Below are positions 60,701-64,000 of a stretch of DNA of 64,000 nt, in pieces (the stretch's first letter is position 1; every line of letters begins with the position of its first letter). Source of the DNA: Eutreptiella sp. 'Long Island Sound 2002' (lineage: Eukaryota; Protista; Euglenida); assembly GCA_964036045.1 (NCBI GenBank), contig OZ038378.1, positions 146,134,001-146,198,000 on the forward strand, given 5' to 3'. The translations under genes and the position numbers were made by a program. The notes under the pieces are model-generated. The model was given only the letters and a program-made list of their open reading frames with translations, did no database searches and was not told where the DNA came from.

Positions 60701-63700
60701 TCCCCCTATGCTCCCATTCACCACATGAAAAATAGTGGTGCATTGCAGCAGATGCACAACTGAACCAGCAAAGGCAAATGGAACAGTTATTGGCCGCAAG
60801 AATCAAATGGGCTGCAGGGAGGAATCAAAATGGCTACATATGCCTTGCCGTCCCGAGGTCCCCAAATGGGGAGGAATCAGATGGGTACCCACCCTGTGCC
60901 CCCACAGCTCGGGGATAGAAGAAATTTCCATTCAAATAGAGCATGTTGGGTATAAACAAGTTCAACAAAAACAATGCTCTGCCCCTTCCTATCCCATCTA
61001 AAACGATGTCCGGGCGTCATTGGTGCCCAAGTTGGTTGTACCCATTGTCAACCAATGGTGTGGGCACGGGGGAGGGGTCCAGAGGGAGGGGGAGAGGGTG
61101 GGTATTTGCGCCGTGCGCTACTTTTACAGCGGGTTTGCCTGGAGTGGGTTGGCTTTTACAAAATGCCCCCAAAGGAGAGCAAACCCTTGGATACAAAACC
61201 TGTGTAAACATCCCTCCGTCTTGCCCGATCCGTCGCCTTCCAAGGTGAAAATACACAAGATGGCCCCTTGGGAGCAACCACCACCGTAGTGTGGGGTCTC
61301 CTTGCTGGATTGTCCACTTTTCCTACCCTAGTCCAAATAACAGAGGAAATTATAGCTCTTCCGGCCAAGCCACCAGTTAATCCACGGCTACTTGGTCGGG
61401 CTAGGCGGCTAACTTTGTGCACTGTGTGTCAAATGCTCCCTCCTGGCTCAACACGTAACCGCCCCACGTGGTCAATGCATGGGCAGAAAATGCAGAAGGC
61501 TGAAAAGGGTTCATGTGGGCTCCAAGTAGGCCAAACATACTGACAAAAGCATGCAGAGTGGTCTAGGTTCATACTTTCGGTAAAAGGCGATTTTCAACCC
61601 AGTTTCAACTTGAAATGGCCGATTTTCCGGCATTTAGGGATATTTGGGAGGCCAAAACAAATAACCACCGGCTGAAAATAGGCTAAGAATGCCTCTTGAA
61701 GTGCCAAGGATCAACTTTGGAAAACTGTGTTTCCGGACCCTCGTCAGGCCCTCCTTTGGACCCTCTTTTGGTCCCAAAATATTCCATGTTTTGAGCCGTT
61801 TCAGGTCGTTGAGGAGGCCAAAACAGGTCATTGTGGGCTAAAACCACTTGTCTAGGTCTCCTAAGAGGTCTAAGAACAACTTTGGAAAGATCAGTTTTGC
61901 CCACTTTTTATTTAACCCACAGGGGACCTGTGCTAACCCTGCCCTAGCACTGGCCCAGTGCAATGCCCCCAGTGGTTTTGTGCCGGAGATGTACAGGAAC
62001 GAAGAGAGGGCCAAATCCTGCCAAAATGAAAAAGTCAAGGAACATGCGGGGGGGGCATAATTTCGGCACTCTCCGAGTATGGCATGCCAGCCCTCCAATG
62101 CAACTCCCACCCCCTCCCCCGCACTCCAATTGATGCTACTACACCCCAAACAAAATATCCAGACCCACCAAAATCGTTTCAACTTTTGCTTTTGCTCTTT
62201 TGTTTGCCAGCTCCAAGTGTATACCCACCGAGATCCTTGCCCTTTTGTTCCTTCCTTTCGTGGTGTTCTTGCCCCTACGGTTACTAATCCCGCTGCTTCT
62301 GCTCCTAGAACCAACCCTTAGTGTATTGCTCCTTTGTGGTGGAGTGTATAAGCTACCTAGTGCTCTTTGGTAACGTGGAAGTTTGTGGTACACCACCACA
62401 ATTGGCCCTTTCCTACCTCCACACACACCTCCATCAAACCACCATATTCTTGTAGTGGCTCAGTCCAATTAGAAAAAAATTGGTGGCCACATCGAGTACT
62501 TTGCGGGTTGTGGACTTGGCATTCCATAGTTAGGGTCGCTATGGGGTGCTGTACAAAACCAGCAACGGTACGTATTGCAAAAGAGGCATTATTCCGGAAA
62601 AAAAAATTGTACTCGCCTTTATCGAAAAAAGAAAATTACACACAATCAGCTAGTTGATACACCACTCATCAAGTTCTAGCTGCAATTTTTGGGCACCTAT
62701 CTAGCACCTCGGACCAATTGAGGGGTGTCCTCCTCTGTGTAAGGAGTGGCCATGGCAGGTTACCCCTTGGGCTTTGCGGCTTCCATGTTTCGCTCCAAGG
62801 AGGGATCCTTGCCTTCGAGCGGGTGGGGGTAACGTGAACACCATCTGGGGTCTCAGAAAGTGCACCCTCAGAAATTGCACCCTAAACTTGGGTGCTGGGG
62901 GTGAGGTAGGAGGGGTATGAAGCTCAGTCACCCCTTCCTGAATGATCCACACAGGGCAATCAGCATCGGGCAGGGACAAAATCAACGCGGGAATGAAATC
63001 AAAGTGGCCACATAACCCCGACTATCCTGGGATCCCCAAAGCAGGGACCAAATCAAAATGGCTACACAACCCCTGCCGTCTTGGCTTCAGAGTGGGTTTC
63101 AAATCCCATCCGGTACCACAGCCACCAATGTGGTGCGTTTCATCATCTTGGTTGTTGCCATCTTGGGATTCGGGCAAAAATGGCTGCATAGCCCCTGCCA
63201 TCTTGAGGGTCCCCAAAGTAGGGAGGAAATCACAATGGCTCACGGCCACTAGTTGTTTTTCGTCGTAACTGTGAATGATGCATTTTTCCGCTTTTTTTTT
63301 GTTTGCGGTAAATGCGAGGACCCAGTTTTGCAGTACTCACAAATACCGTTTTTTGTACTTGCGTTTACTGCAAAAAAAAAAAAAAACTACATGACCGTAT
63401 GTTTTTTTTGGTACTCGTGTTTACTGCAAACAAAATTACACAACTTATACAACGTACACACACACTTCTCGTGGAATAGTTGTAAGCAACGACCAAAAGA
63501 GAAGACATCACTTCGACTTGACCAAGCCACATGCAATGGACCCCCAAATCCCCACATGAACATAAAAGCAGGGGGTTCCTCAACCAACAACCCATCCTAA
63601 GCTGACAACCACCAACCCTGTCTTGTGCAGCTCTAAATACGAACATGCCTGGGACCATGAGAAAAAGGAGGGTTGCTGAGGCATGTTGAAGGAAGGAGAC

Positions 63701-64000
63701 AAAGAACCCATCATGGGCCACAGGTGTTGTGGGGTAATTGAGGGTTGTTGAGCGTTGACTCAGGTTTTTGTGAATAATGAAAACCTTGCATCAGTGACCA
63801 TTGCTGGACGTTGGTCACGGCTATCAAAGATTGTGAAGGTGGTTGCAATTTGTTGGGTGACACAACGAACAGTGAACACATCACGGTGTTCTTGAACCTT
63901 GCCATACCTTGTAATGGGCAGTTCTTCAATTTGGTGGTGGGGGATATTCCGTGCCGTACTCAAACACACATGAGCAAACAAATGATGCATATTCCATGCG

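Overview
Repeat-rich eukaryotic genomic DNA with a 200-N gap at 12514-12713. GC3-rich short exons, long poly-G/C tracts and AACCGCC satellites suggest a euglenid-like protist; this is inference and unverified. Host genes: (i) a minus-strand A20/Cezanne/TRABID-type OTU deubiquitinase with frame-consistent exons over ~14.0-25.8 kb and 4.6-5.9 kb introns full of mobile-element debris; (ii) a plus-strand multi-exon Cys/His-rich gene at ~2.4-6.3 kb; (iii) a small 3-exon minus-strand gene at 45.4-47.2 kb; (iv) a terminal exon with a membrane anchor at 57.5-57.8 kb. The standout is a ~7.7 kb three-gene DNA transposon at 32406-40074 with ~180 bp TIRs built from palindromic CACTGAGCGCTCAGTG-type units. 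The same arrays recur between the genes, so each gene is bracketed. It carries a 2OG-Fe(II) dioxygenase (HxD...H), a coiled-coil protein, and an intact RAG1/Transib(CMC)-like DDE transposase. Decayed elements: a 9-bp-TSD Mutator-like element, a JAMM+J-domain relic, an SF1 helicase relic between telomere-repeat-capped repeats, Harbinger-like fragments and a possible CRESS-virus Rep relic. No rRNA, tRNA or CRISPR was recognised. All protein assignments are by-eye motif matches, not database searches.
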